From assembly GCA_040220235.1 (NCBI GenBank), contig JAVJTO010000004.1: a stretch of 64,000 nt of DNA; one strand, 5' to 3'. This document shows, one piece after another, positions 9,323 to 17,562 of the stretch (within the stretch, counting starts at the first letter, position 1; each line of letters starts with the position of its first letter). Below the pieces are notes generated by a model. The model ran no database searches. It was not told the DNA's origin and saw nothing but the letters and a program-made list of their open reading frames with translations. A program made the translations under genes and the position numbers. The stretch comes from Coleofasciculus sp. B1-GNL1-01 (GTDB taxonomy: Bacteria > Cyanobacteriota > Cyanobacteriia > Cyanobacteriales > Coleofasciculaceae).

Positions 9323-10180
9323 TTGATTAGACGCTTGAAACAACGACTAGATACCTTATTAGTAGACCTTAACTTATGCGAATCCCGACAACAGGCACAA
9401 CGGCTGATTCGGGCGGGAGAAGTGCGGGTGAATCAGCAGCTTGTTGATAAACCGGGAACTGAAATAGACACAACCGCCGAGATTAAAATTAATCAAAAAT
9501 CCCCTTATGTTTCTAGAGGTGGGGAAAAGTTAGTCAAAGCCTTAGACGAGTTTGGTATAGCGGTAGCCGGACGTATTTGCTTAGATGGCGGTATTTCCAC
9601 GGGAGGCTTTACCGACTGCTTACTACAAAAGGGGGCAAAACGGGTTTACGGTGTTGATGTAGGATATGGACAAGTGGCTTGGACATTGCGAAATGATGAC
9701 CGGGTGATTTTGAAGGAACGCACAAATTTACGCTATTTGCAACCTGCTGATTTATATGGAGAACCCCTCGGAATAGACGAGGAGGATAAGGAGGAGATTT
9801 ATCCAGATTTAGGGGTTGTCGATGTGTCGTTTATTTCCCTGACAAAAATCCTAGAAGCCTTGTGGAACCTGCTACAAGCACCGCGTGAGGTGGTGTTACT
9901 GGTGAAGCCACAGTTTGAAGTGGGACGAGAACGGGTTGGCAAAAAGGGCGTAGTGCGCGATCCTAAGGATCAGGCTGGCGCGATCGCCCAAATTTTACCA
10001 GCCGCCCAGAATTTAGGTTGGGTCTATCAAGGCTTAACTTGGTCACCTATTACGGGTCCTGCGGGTAATATTGAATATCTGCTCTGGCTAGGAATGGATA
10101 GTCAAATTCAGAGTCCTGATTTAAGTGAAATTCAAGACATCACTCAATCAGCTACCGCTTATTTTCGAGAGAAACCTTGA
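9323..10180 (+). CDS. tlyA: TlyA-family rRNA methyltransferase
   Basis: S4 domain (KQRLDTLLV), YVSRGGEKL, DGGISTGGFTD, DVSFISL, LVKPQFE, GPAGNIEY. Confidence 0.93.
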   Translation: MIRRLKQRLDTLLVDLNLCESRQQAQRLIRAGEVRVNQQLVDKPGTEIDTTAEIKINQKSPYVSRGGEKLVKALDEFGIAVAGRICLDGGISTGGFTDCLLQKGAKRVYGVDVGYGQVAWTLRNDDRVILKERTNLRYLQPADLYGEPLGIDEEDKEEIYPDLGVVDVSFISLTKILEALWNLLQAPREVVLLVKPQFEVGRERVGKKGVVRDPKDQAGAIAQILPAAQNLGWVYQGLTWSPITGPAGNIEYLLWLGMDSQIQSPDLSEIQDITQSATAYFREKP

Positions 10181-10194
10181 ATCCAATTTATCTG

Positions 10195-10263
10195 GGGATC
10201 AGAGCGGGTTTTGTCGTTCAGTTACAGGAAATAAGGAAGGTTAATCCCTAAACTCGCCCCTAC
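10195..10263. repeat. REP-like element (GGGATCAG.GCGGGTTT ... ATCCCTAAAC.CGCCCCTAC)
   Basis: Same ends as the tandem units at 22242-22385; lies between convergent genes. Confidence 0.65.
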
Positions 10264-10288
10264 CAATCCACAGGTTGTGTATGTTACC

Positions 10289-10591
10289 TTAAGATTCCCT
10301 GGGTTGGTAGTCGCAACAGTTATCACAAGGACCTGACGGATTAACCGCACAGCGGATATAAGCCGAACGAGCATTAAATCGACAGGTAATATCACCAATT
10401 AAATAACCAACCCCTTCCAGATAATACTGATCAGGCGGTAATGGATTTCTTGGCAGTACCCTAGCCGTTGTTGATGCTTGAATCGAGTTTCTTAACCGGA
10501 TTTGCGCTTGCTCCTTGGCTCTACGCATCACCCATATCGAAAGCACTGGGGGAGTCAAACCTAAGACAAACACAATAATTGTCTCGAACAT
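10289..10591 (-). CDS. Conserved cyanobacterial Cys-rich membrane-anchored protein (DUF6464-like)
   Basis: N-terminal TM helix; IGDITCRFNARSAYIRCAVNPSGPCDNC motif. Confidence 0.75.
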   Translation of the reverse strand: MFETIIVFVLGLTPPVLSIWVMRRAKEQAQIRLRNSIQASTTARVLPRNPLPPDQYYLEGVGYLIGDITCRFNARSAYIRCAVNPSGPCDNCCDYQPRES

Positions 10592-10798
10592 GGTTTTTTC
10601 TCCCAGGTGACTTTACTTAACCTCGTAATCCCCTACTATACCTAATTAGGGCTTGCTGCACAAACTCAAAACCGCAAAGCCCATCAATACTTTGAGCTTT
10701 ATTTACAGAGGGTTTTCTTCTAGGAAATGGCGTAGCATCCTTCATAAGTATGGCATCACCTTGCTCAGGAAAAATGTACCCTTGCTTCCCCAGCTCCC

Positions 10799-10818
10799 AG
10801 ACGTAGCATGCTACGTCT
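10799..10818. repeat. Palindrome AGACGTAGCATGCTACGTCT flanked by 9-mer repeats
   Basis: Perfect palindrome; relatives at about 22433 and 29493. Confidence 0.75.
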
Positions 10819-10894
10819 CTACATTGCTCCCCCAGCTCCCCCTTACCACAACACTGATTCAGCAGCCCCTAATTAGGGCTAGTGGGGGAGGATA

Positions 10895-11293
10895 TCAACT
10901 CACCATCTGATAGACTGACTCTTCAATTCGCTCCTGAATTTCCGGCATATTCTCAAAACCGCGTACAATTTCTCTCATTCGCACCCGCTTAGCTTGGAGC
11001 GCTGTTTGTAGCAGTTTCATCGCTTCCTTTGGCTTACCGCAGCCGCAAAAAAATAAATCAGCGGCAAAATAACCATGTTCGGGCCAAGTATGGATGGCAA
11101 TATGAGACTCCGCCAATGTCGCTGTCGCCGTGACTCCGTGGGGACTAAACTGGTGTACACATAAATCAATTAGAGTTCCTTCTCCAACAGAAATCGCATC
11201 AATTAAGGCGCGGCGAATTCCCTCAGGATCATTGAGAAGGTCTTCAGGCGCTTCCCATGCGTCAACGACCAGATGAGTTCCCACTTGTTTCAT
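10895..11293 (-). CDS. speD: S-adenosylmethionine decarboxylase proenzyme
   Basis: HQFSPHGVT, LAESHIAIHTWPEHG (E-S self-cleavage site), DLFFCG. Confidence 0.9.
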   Translation of the reverse strand: MKQVGTHLVVDAWEAPEDLLNDPEGIRRALIDAISVGEGTLIDLCVHQFSPHGVTATATLAESHIAIHTWPEHGYFAADLFFCGCGKPKEAMKLLQTALQAKRVRMREIVRGFENMPEIQERIEESVYQMVS

Positions 11294-11929
11294 TCTACTC
11301 GATCTACTCCACCCAATAAGATTTCAAAGACTCTATTTATAGCATAGACTTAATTCAGTCCTCAACTCATTAGAGATTTAACCCGATTCAGTATCAATGG
11401 CACTCTTTTGTTCCTTAGCACAGCATGGCGTAAATTTACCAACCCTTAAAATCCGTTGTACCTCGGCATGACAACAGAAATTTGACAGATGCCAGATATT
11501 GCGTCTAGATATGACTCCTGACTTCCGCCTAGGGGTACTAGGCGCTACAGCTAAGGCGCTCTATCCAACTTCATCTATTGATTAGGGTAACAAATAAATT
11601 ATACCTTGGAGCAAATAACCCCGATTTCCGAGATCATTGAACTTGGTTCTATGCCGCCAAACAATTTTGCTTGAAAACTTCCATCACAATCTACTCCTAA
11701 AATCATCCCTCTTAAGCATGACCCGCTTAAGTTATAAATGGAGCAAATCTTTCCCACATTTCGCCACTTAATTATCTCTCAACCTAGAGTCGTTGACAAT
11801 CTCATGAGGTGAGAAAATCTCTCATAAAGCACCCGGAAAGTTATGAACTCCAGTTAGACCTGAAAGTTGATCGCTAACCTGCTACCCTAAGTTTGGGGTC
11901 TTATTTGACTCAATGGCGACGTGATGATA

Positions 11930-12125
11930 GTCAACTATCCCACACTCACCTTAGGGAGAGAACGCGGCTGGCGGGAAACTGAAAGTCTTGTTGACCCGCC
12001 TAAGTTCCTAACCACTGGAACTAAGGTATCGGGGTCATGACACCCACAAATGCGTACCCGTTTGCAATTCTATCGTCTGAAGTTAAACCCTTTAAAGTGG
12101 ACGCCAGGTTTTGCTAACCAGAAAA
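11930..12125 (+). ncRNA. Degenerate HEARO/omega-RNA-like element (IscB/IsrB leader) with no nuclease ORF
   Basis: Ordered blocks GTCAACTA.CC ... GTTGACC.GCCTAAGT ... GTCATGACACC.ACAAATGCG..C..GTTTG...TCT.TCG ... GTTAAAC match the cyanobacterial HEARO pattern as recalled. Confidence 0.65.
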
Positions 12126-12130
12126 CTGCG

Positions 12131-13300
12131 ATGAATTCTATATTTTCACCCATTCAAAAAGTTCTAATCACATGGTTGCTGGTGTTAGTAACAGGTTGGG
12201 CGACGCTGAGTGCGCTGAGTTATGTAGGCGAAATCATTAGTATTTTGCTCACGGCATCTCTGATTGCATTTTTGCTCAACTATGCCGTTCGGGTACTGCG
12301 ACCCTTCTTACCTCGAACAGTGGCGGCGATTTTGGTTTATTTAGTCGCGGCGGTTTTTGTTGTCTTCATTGCCCTCACGCTAGCACCACCCGTATTTAAT
12401 CAAGGACGGCAATTAGTAACTCGGTTTCCCGAATTACTCGAACAAGGTCAACAGCAATTGGTGGACTTTCAAGCGTGGAGTTTGGAACATAATTTGCCCT
12501 TTGATGTGCGAATTTTAGGGTCTCAAATGTTGGCACGTATTCAAGCTCAAGCCGAAGCGATCGCGTCCACAGGTTTGGGCTTAGTTGTGGGGACATTTAG
12601 CTGGTTTATCGACTTAATTTTAGTCCTCGTTCTGTCGTTTTACATGCTCATTGATGGTGAACGACTATGGCGCGGTATTACCAGTATTGTCTCTGCCAAA
12701 ATTCGTTATGGATTAACTCAAGCACTGCGACGCAATCTTCAGCGGTTTGTATCTGGTCAACTCTTACTGGGGTTATTTATGGCAACAACATTAACCTTGG
12801 GCTTCCGTTTATTACAAGTGCCGTTTTTTCTGCTGTTTGCTGTTTTTATCGGCTTTATGGAGATTATTCCCTTTGTTGGTGCCACTCTGGGAATTGCTAC
12901 TGTAGTCATTGTTGTCGCCTTTATTGATTGGTGGCTAGCTTTGGAAGTCTTGGGAGTATCTGTCGCCTTGCAGCAGATCAAAGATAATTTAATTGCTCCC
13001 CGAATTATGGGCAACTTAACGGGTTTATCGCCCGTGATTATTCTAACGTCTTTGTTATTGGGGGCTAAAATTGGCGGAATCTTGGGCGTCATTCTGGCGA
13101 TTCCGGTGACGGGTGTGGTGAAAAGTTTGGCGGAAATTGTACTTGACCCCACGTTACCACCTCAGACGGGAGATTTTTTCTCCAATCCTTTGAACGAAAA
13201 AAAATCCCAGAATACTTTGGCGATCGCGGCTAATACCGATGCTGATTCTGATAGTTCTAGTCAAGAGGCTCAGGGAATGGAACAATCAGAGACAATTTAA
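12131..13300 (+). CDS. AI-2E (PerM) family transporter
   Basis: Multi-TM protein with IIPFVGA, QQIKDNLIAPRIMG and GGILGVILAIP motifs; ATG 12131 preferred. Confidence 0.9.
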   Translation: MNSIFSPIQKVLITWLLVLVTGWATLSALSYVGEIISILLTASLIAFLLNYAVRVLRPFLPRTVAAILVYLVAAVFVVFIALTLAPPVFNQGRQLVTRFPELLEQGQQQLVDFQAWSLEHNLPFDVRILGSQMLARIQAQAEAIASTGLGLVVGTFSWFIDLILVLVLSFYMLIDGERLWRGITSIVSAKIRYGLTQALRRNLQRFVSGQLLLGLFMATTLTLGFRLLQVPFFLLFAVFIGFMEIIPFVGATLGIATVVIVVAFIDWWLALEVLGVSVALQQIKDNLIAPRIMGNLTGLSPVIILTSLLLGAKIGGILGVILAIPVTGVVKSLAEIVLDPTLPPQTGDFFSNPLNEKKSQNTLAIAANTDADSDSSSQEAQGMEQSETI

Positions 13301-13345
13301 GCCCTCAACTAAAGCCCTCAACTAAAGTTGGGGCTAAAAGCTTAA
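13299..13345. repeat. Hairpin repeat/possible terminator downstream of the AI-2E gene
   Basis: GCCCTCAACTAAAGTTGGGGC and AACCCGTTAAAACGGGTT hairpins, with a 13-nt direct duplication at the start. Confidence 0.55.
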
Positions 13346-13459
13346 ACCCGTTAAAACGGGTTCAAAGGCTTACTTAGTAAGCTCGATTCTTGCTTTAGCT
13401 CCAAGATAAGAAAGTTATTGGCAGGCTTCTTAAGGTGAATAGCACTGAAATAATATGAG

Positions 13460-13511
13460 TTCGTAGTCGGCACGAAGCGTGCCTCAAGCGCTAAAGCGCT
13501 CACTACAAACG
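13460..13511. repeat. REP-like repeat ending GCGCTAAAGCGC..ACTAC.AAC
   Basis: Related motifs at about 53332-53366 and 57600-57622. Confidence 0.6.
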
Positions 13512-13617
13512 CTTAAGTCAGTGACATTCTTCTTAAGGTCAGCGACATTCTCCTTAACCTATTGAGAGCGAACAACCTCTATACTAACGGGGTCAAGATA
13601 GGATCTCAGCATAAACC

Positions 13618-14628
13618 ATGTCCTACCAACGAGAAAAACAAGTTGCTATCCAAGCTGTAACGGCTGCGGCTCAATTGTGTGAACAAGTGCGTCAGGAAGA
13701 AGGTTCCTTAACCCTAACCAAACCCGATCGCTCTCCGGTGACGGTGGCTGATTTTGGTACACAAGCGGTTATTTGTCGGGTATTAGCCGAGGCGTTTCCC
13801 GGTGATTCCATCGTGGGTGAGGAAAACTCTAGCTTGTTGCGACAACCGGCGATGACGCAGCAGTTGACAGGGGTGACGCATTATGTTAAGTCTCAGATTG
13901 CTGAAGCGACACCGGAAACAATTATCACCTGGATTGATCGGGGTACGGGTCAAGTGGCAGATCGCTATTGGACACTTGATCCGATTGATGGGACAAAAGG
14001 TTATGTGCGGGGTGACAATTACGCGATCGCCTTAGCGTTAATTGAAGACGGTGAGGTCAAACTGGGGGTGTTAGGATGTCCGGCGATTCCGATTCATCCC
14101 CAGCAACCGGATGGCGATCGCGGCGTTCTGTTTGTCGGTGTCAAAGGACAAGGGACAACCCTCATCCCCCTCGCCGGAGGTCAACCTCAGACGATCCGTG
14201 TCAATGAATGCGATCGCATTGAGTCGCTGCGATTAGTCAAAAGCGTAGAATCGTCTCATGGGAACCCCGAATTGGAAGCCGCTATCACTCAATCCCTAGG
14301 TTTTACAACCCCCTCCCTCCAGATTGATTCCATGGTCAAATACGGCATTATTGCACGAGGGGAAGCCGATCTCTACATCCGTTTACCGTTTCCCCTGGAG
14401 TCCTCAAAACGGCAAAATATTTGGGATCATGCGGCGGGTGTTGTGGTCTTGGAAGAAGCCGGGGGACGAGTCACCGATATGTATGGTAAACCCTTAGACT
14501 TTGCCTGTGGGACGAAGCTGTTCAACAATCAGGGGATTATTGCCAGTAACGGGGCGATTCATGATGCGGTGTTAGCCGCCGTAGCACAGGAGATTCAAGC
14601 CGCTAAGACATCCCAATCCACACCCTAG
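13618..14628 (+). CDS. 3'(2'),5'-bisphosphate nucleotidase, HAL2/inositol monophosphatase family
   Basis: SPVTVADF, GEE, WTLDPIDGTKG, IWDHAAG motifs. Confidence 0.9.
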   Translation: MSYQREKQVAIQAVTAAAQLCEQVRQEEGSLTLTKPDRSPVTVADFGTQAVICRVLAEAFPGDSIVGEENSSLLRQPAMTQQLTGVTHYVKSQIAEATPETIITWIDRGTGQVADRYWTLDPIDGTKGYVRGDNYAIALALIEDGEVKLGVLGCPAIPIHPQQPDGDRGVLFVGVKGQGTTLIPLAGGQPQTIRVNECDRIESLRLVKSVESSHGNPELEAAITQSLGFTTPSLQIDSMVKYGIIARGEADLYIRLPFPLESSKRQNIWDHAAGVVVLEEAGGRVTDMYGKPLDFACGTKLFNNQGIIASNGAIHDAVLAAVAQEIQAAKTSQSTP

Positions 14629-14722
14629 TCCAACCAAAGAAGGCTCCCCTTATTTTGCCATTCACGATTTAATGTGTAATGATTACGGCGATCGGGTAGC
14701 TTGGCGAACACAAACACTGAAA

Positions 14723-14817
14723 TATAGTAGTACTAAGACAGGGCGTGGACATTCTGTACTGTTCCCTGTTTCCTCTTGGACTAACTGATGTCCTTTCCGT
14801 ATCCCGTAGTGCTATAT
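14723..14817. mobile_element. MITE-like element with TATAG-terminal imperfect inverted repeats
   Basis: TATAGTAGTACTAAGACAGGGCGTGGACA versus the reverse complement of the right end TATAGCACTACGGGATACGGAAAGGACA. Confidence 0.5.
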
Positions 14818-15004
14818 AGGTAAAACGTTCACCGAGCTACCCAGAATTTGGATACGACTTGGCATACTACAATTTAACGTGCGGAGTCTGGGGTTCAAGG
14901 TTAGCCTAACAGCAAGCCCTGTATTTCAGAGTAATATTGTTGTATTACTATTAGTTTTTTAAATTATCGTTATAATCAGAGTAAAATAATGTTGAAATGT
15001 TATA

Positions 15005-15167
15005 TACAGCGCTTTGCGCTGTAATAAAGTACAGTAGATCAAAGTCCCCCTTCAGATCCCCCTTCCGTCCCCCTTCAAAAGGGGGAAGCCAGAGGATGCT
15101 TCGCTTTTATTGCACGGGGATTTAGGGGGATCGACAATGTACCGCATAGCAGAGCAAACTGCTGTAA
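15005..15167. mobile_element. MITE-like element with about 29-bp imperfect TIRs enclosing CCCCCTT..AAGGGGG hairpins
   Basis: TACAGCGCTTTGCGCTGTAATAAAGTACA versus the reverse complement TACAGCAGTTTGCTCTGCTATGCGGTACA. Confidence 0.6.
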
Positions 15168-15405
15168 TACCCAATAAAACATCAGGGACATATCGGCAGC
15201 AACGTGAATTTTGACAGGGTGTCGATGAACATCACGATTGCGCCAGTAACAGTAATCTGAGTCACAAGATTTTGCTAACTCTCTTTATAGCTGCAACTCC
15301 GCTTATCTAAAGCATCACAGGTTTTATAGGTGCAAATCAGTGATCTTTATGTCACTATCAGGATAATAAATTCAGCCCCACACATCCTTAGATTTAGCCA
15401 GCGTC

Positions 15406-16920
15406 ATGAAAGCATCCCCCGCCATTTCCGGCAAAACTATGCTAGATAAATTACTCAGCAACTTGATGAAAGTTCTCATTGAAAATGGTGGGGCGCAAAC
15501 CGGATTTATTCTTTTAAATAAAACAGGAGAATGGGTAATTGAAGCGTCTGGCAAGGTTGATTCTGGCAACGTTACAGTTTTACAGTCCATTCCTATTGAG
15601 AAACATTTACCCACATCTATTATTCACTATGTCACCCGTACTAAAGAAACTATTGTTGAGAAGGAAGCTGCACAACATGGAAACTTTACTCATGACCCCT
15701 ATATCAAACTGAATTCAACTAAATCTATTTTATGTGCGCCACTGATCAATCAAGGTCAACTCAGTGGTATTGTCTATCTGGAAAATAATCTCACCACAGG
15801 CGCTTTTACTCCTGATAGATTAGAAATTATACAACTCTTATCCGGGCAAGCTGCGATCGCCATGGATAATGCTCAACTCTACAACAACCTTGAACAAAAA
15901 GTCACCCAACGCACCCAGGAACTCGCCCAAGCCCTCGAAGAACTCAAAACAACCCAAGATGAACTGATTCAAAAAGAAAAAATGGCGGCATTGGGACAAC
16001 TCATTGCAGGCATTGCCCATGAAATTAATACTCCTCTAGGAGCCATTCGATCCTCGGCTAGAACGATTGCTAAATTCCTCGACCAAACCCTAGAACAGTT
16101 ACCCGCACTGCTTAAATCTCTCTCAACAGAAGACTCTGCTGTTTTCCTAGCGTTACTGCAACGCTCACTGCAACAGCAATCAACAGTTTCCACGAAAGAA
16201 GAGCGTAAGTTGAAGAGAACCCTAAGACGGGAACTGGAAAACTCAGACATTGCTGATGCCGATATCATTGCTGAGAAGCTAGTCATTATGGGAATTACAG
16301 ATGAAATTGCCAGCTTGATGCCCTTGGTACAAAGACCGGATAGTTGTCAAATCTTAGACGTTGCCTATAAACTGTCTGAACTCAAACGAGGTACTGCTAC
16401 AATTAACACTTCCACCGACAGAGCCTCGAAAGTAGTATTTGCTCTGAAGACTTATTCTCGCTATGACCAGTCGGGAGAAAAGATAAGAGTGAAGCTGACT
16501 GAGGGGATTGAAACGGTTTTAGTTCTCTATCACAATCAACTCAAACAGGGAGTTGAGGTTATCCGAAACTACGCCGAAATTCCACCTGTATCTTGTTATC
16601 CTGATGAATTAAATCAAGTGTGGACAAATCTGATCCATAATGCCTTACAAGCGATGGATAACCGGGGAACTTTAACCATTGATGTCACTCAAGAGAATCA
16701 ACAGGCTAAGATTAGCATTACCGATAGTGGTTGTGGCATACCCGAAGAAATCAAAGGGAAAATATTTAATCCATTTTTTACCACGAAACCGACCGGAGAA
16801 GGAAGTGGCTTAGGACTTGATATTGTCAAGAAAATCATTGATAAGCATGCGGGCAACCTGACTGTAGAAAGCCAGCCAGGTCAGACAACCTTCAATGTTT
16901 TTCTCCCCATGCAGTCTTAG
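15406..16920 (+). CDS. GAF + histidine kinase, apparently the 3' part of an HstK-type Ser/Thr-kinase/AAA/His-kinase gene
   Basis: LDLASVMKAS...LDKLLSNLMKVLIENGGAQ start, YLENNLTTGAF GAF, AHEINTPL H-box, FFTTKP.GEGSGLGL; in-frame stop 13 codons upstream. Confidence 0.8.
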   Translation: MKASPAISGKTMLDKLLSNLMKVLIENGGAQTGFILLNKTGEWVIEASGKVDSGNVTVLQSIPIEKHLPTSIIHYVTRTKETIVEKEAAQHGNFTHDPYIKLNSTKSILCAPLINQGQLSGIVYLENNLTTGAFTPDRLEIIQLLSGQAAIAMDNAQLYNNLEQKVTQRTQELAQALEELKTTQDELIQKEKMAALGQLIAGIAHEINTPLGAIRSSARTIAKFLDQTLEQLPALLKSLSTEDSAVFLALLQRSLQQQSTVSTKEERKLKRTLRRELENSDIADADIIAEKLVIMGITDEIASLMPLVQRPDSCQILDVAYKLSELKRGTATINTSTDRASKVVFALKTYSRYDQSGEKIRVKLTEGIETVLVLYHNQLKQGVEVIRNYAEIPPVSCYPDELNQVWTNLIHNALQAMDNRGTLTIDVTQENQQAKISITDSGCGIPEEIKGKIFNPFFTTKPTGEGSGLGLDIVKKIIDKHAGNLTVESQPGQTTFNVFLPMQS

Positions 16921-16977
16921 CCGTAACCCAGGACTGACAATCAAGACGAATAACCAATGACTAAGGACGAATGACCA

Positions 16978-17379
16978 ATGAGTAAACCCATTATTTTATG
17001 TGTTGACGACGAAAAAGACATTTTACAGAGTCTGAGAACGCAAATCATGGAGGCATTTGGCAATGCCTACGGCTACGAAGTGGCGGAAGATGCGGATGAG
17101 GCTTTAGAAGTCATCGATGAACTCATCGAGGATGAAATGCAAATTATTATTATTGTCTCGGATTGGTTAATGCCTGGGATGAAAGGAGATGAGTTTCTAA
17201 TTAAAGTGCATCAGCAATTTCCTAACGTAGTTAAAATTATGCTCACGGGTCAAGCCGATGAAGTTGCCATTCAACGAGCCAAAGAGCAAGCCAACCTCCA
17301 TTGCTGCTTATTTAAGCCTTGGTCTGAACCTGAATTAATAGAAATCCTAAAATCCGGTTTAGCCCAACTTGACTCATAA
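16978..17379 (+). CDS. Single-domain response regulator
   Basis: ILCVDDE, IVSDWLMPGMKGDEFL, MLTGQA, KPW. Confidence 0.92.
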   Translation: MSKPIILCVDDEKDILQSLRTQIMEAFGNAYGYEVAEDADEALEVIDELIEDEMQIIIIVSDWLMPGMKGDEFLIKVHQQFPNVVKIMLTGQADEVAIQRAKEQANLHCCLFKPWSEPELIEILKSGLAQLDS

Positions 17380-17415
17380 GACGGTCAGGATGAAATTAAC
17401 CCACGAAAAATGATC

Positions 17416-17562
17416 TAAGTAGGTTAGTGGAAATAAACTCAACCTTATGAAGTTATGTTAACAAGCCTCAAACCCTTACAAATGACACATGACGAATGAC
17501 GTAGCTTGCTTCTCGCGAAAGCGAATTCCCCACCGTTAACTTTAATTGTCCCCGCCTACTTA
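17416..17562. mobile_element. MITE with TAAGTAGG terminal inverted repeats and internal AATGAC heptamer remnants
   Basis: TAAGTAGGTTAGTGGAAATAAA ... TTTAATTGTCCCCGCCTACTTA; related left ends at about 20399, 30552 and 48415. Confidence 0.65.

Noticed and set aside
10653..10910. 85-aa plus-strand ORF
   Set aside because: Largely made of 9-mer repeats and a palindrome (LPQLPDVACYVST)
12050..12130. N-terminal extension of the AI-2E transporter
   Set aside because: Falls within the HEARO-like sequence; the hydrophobic family-like sequence starts after ATG 12131
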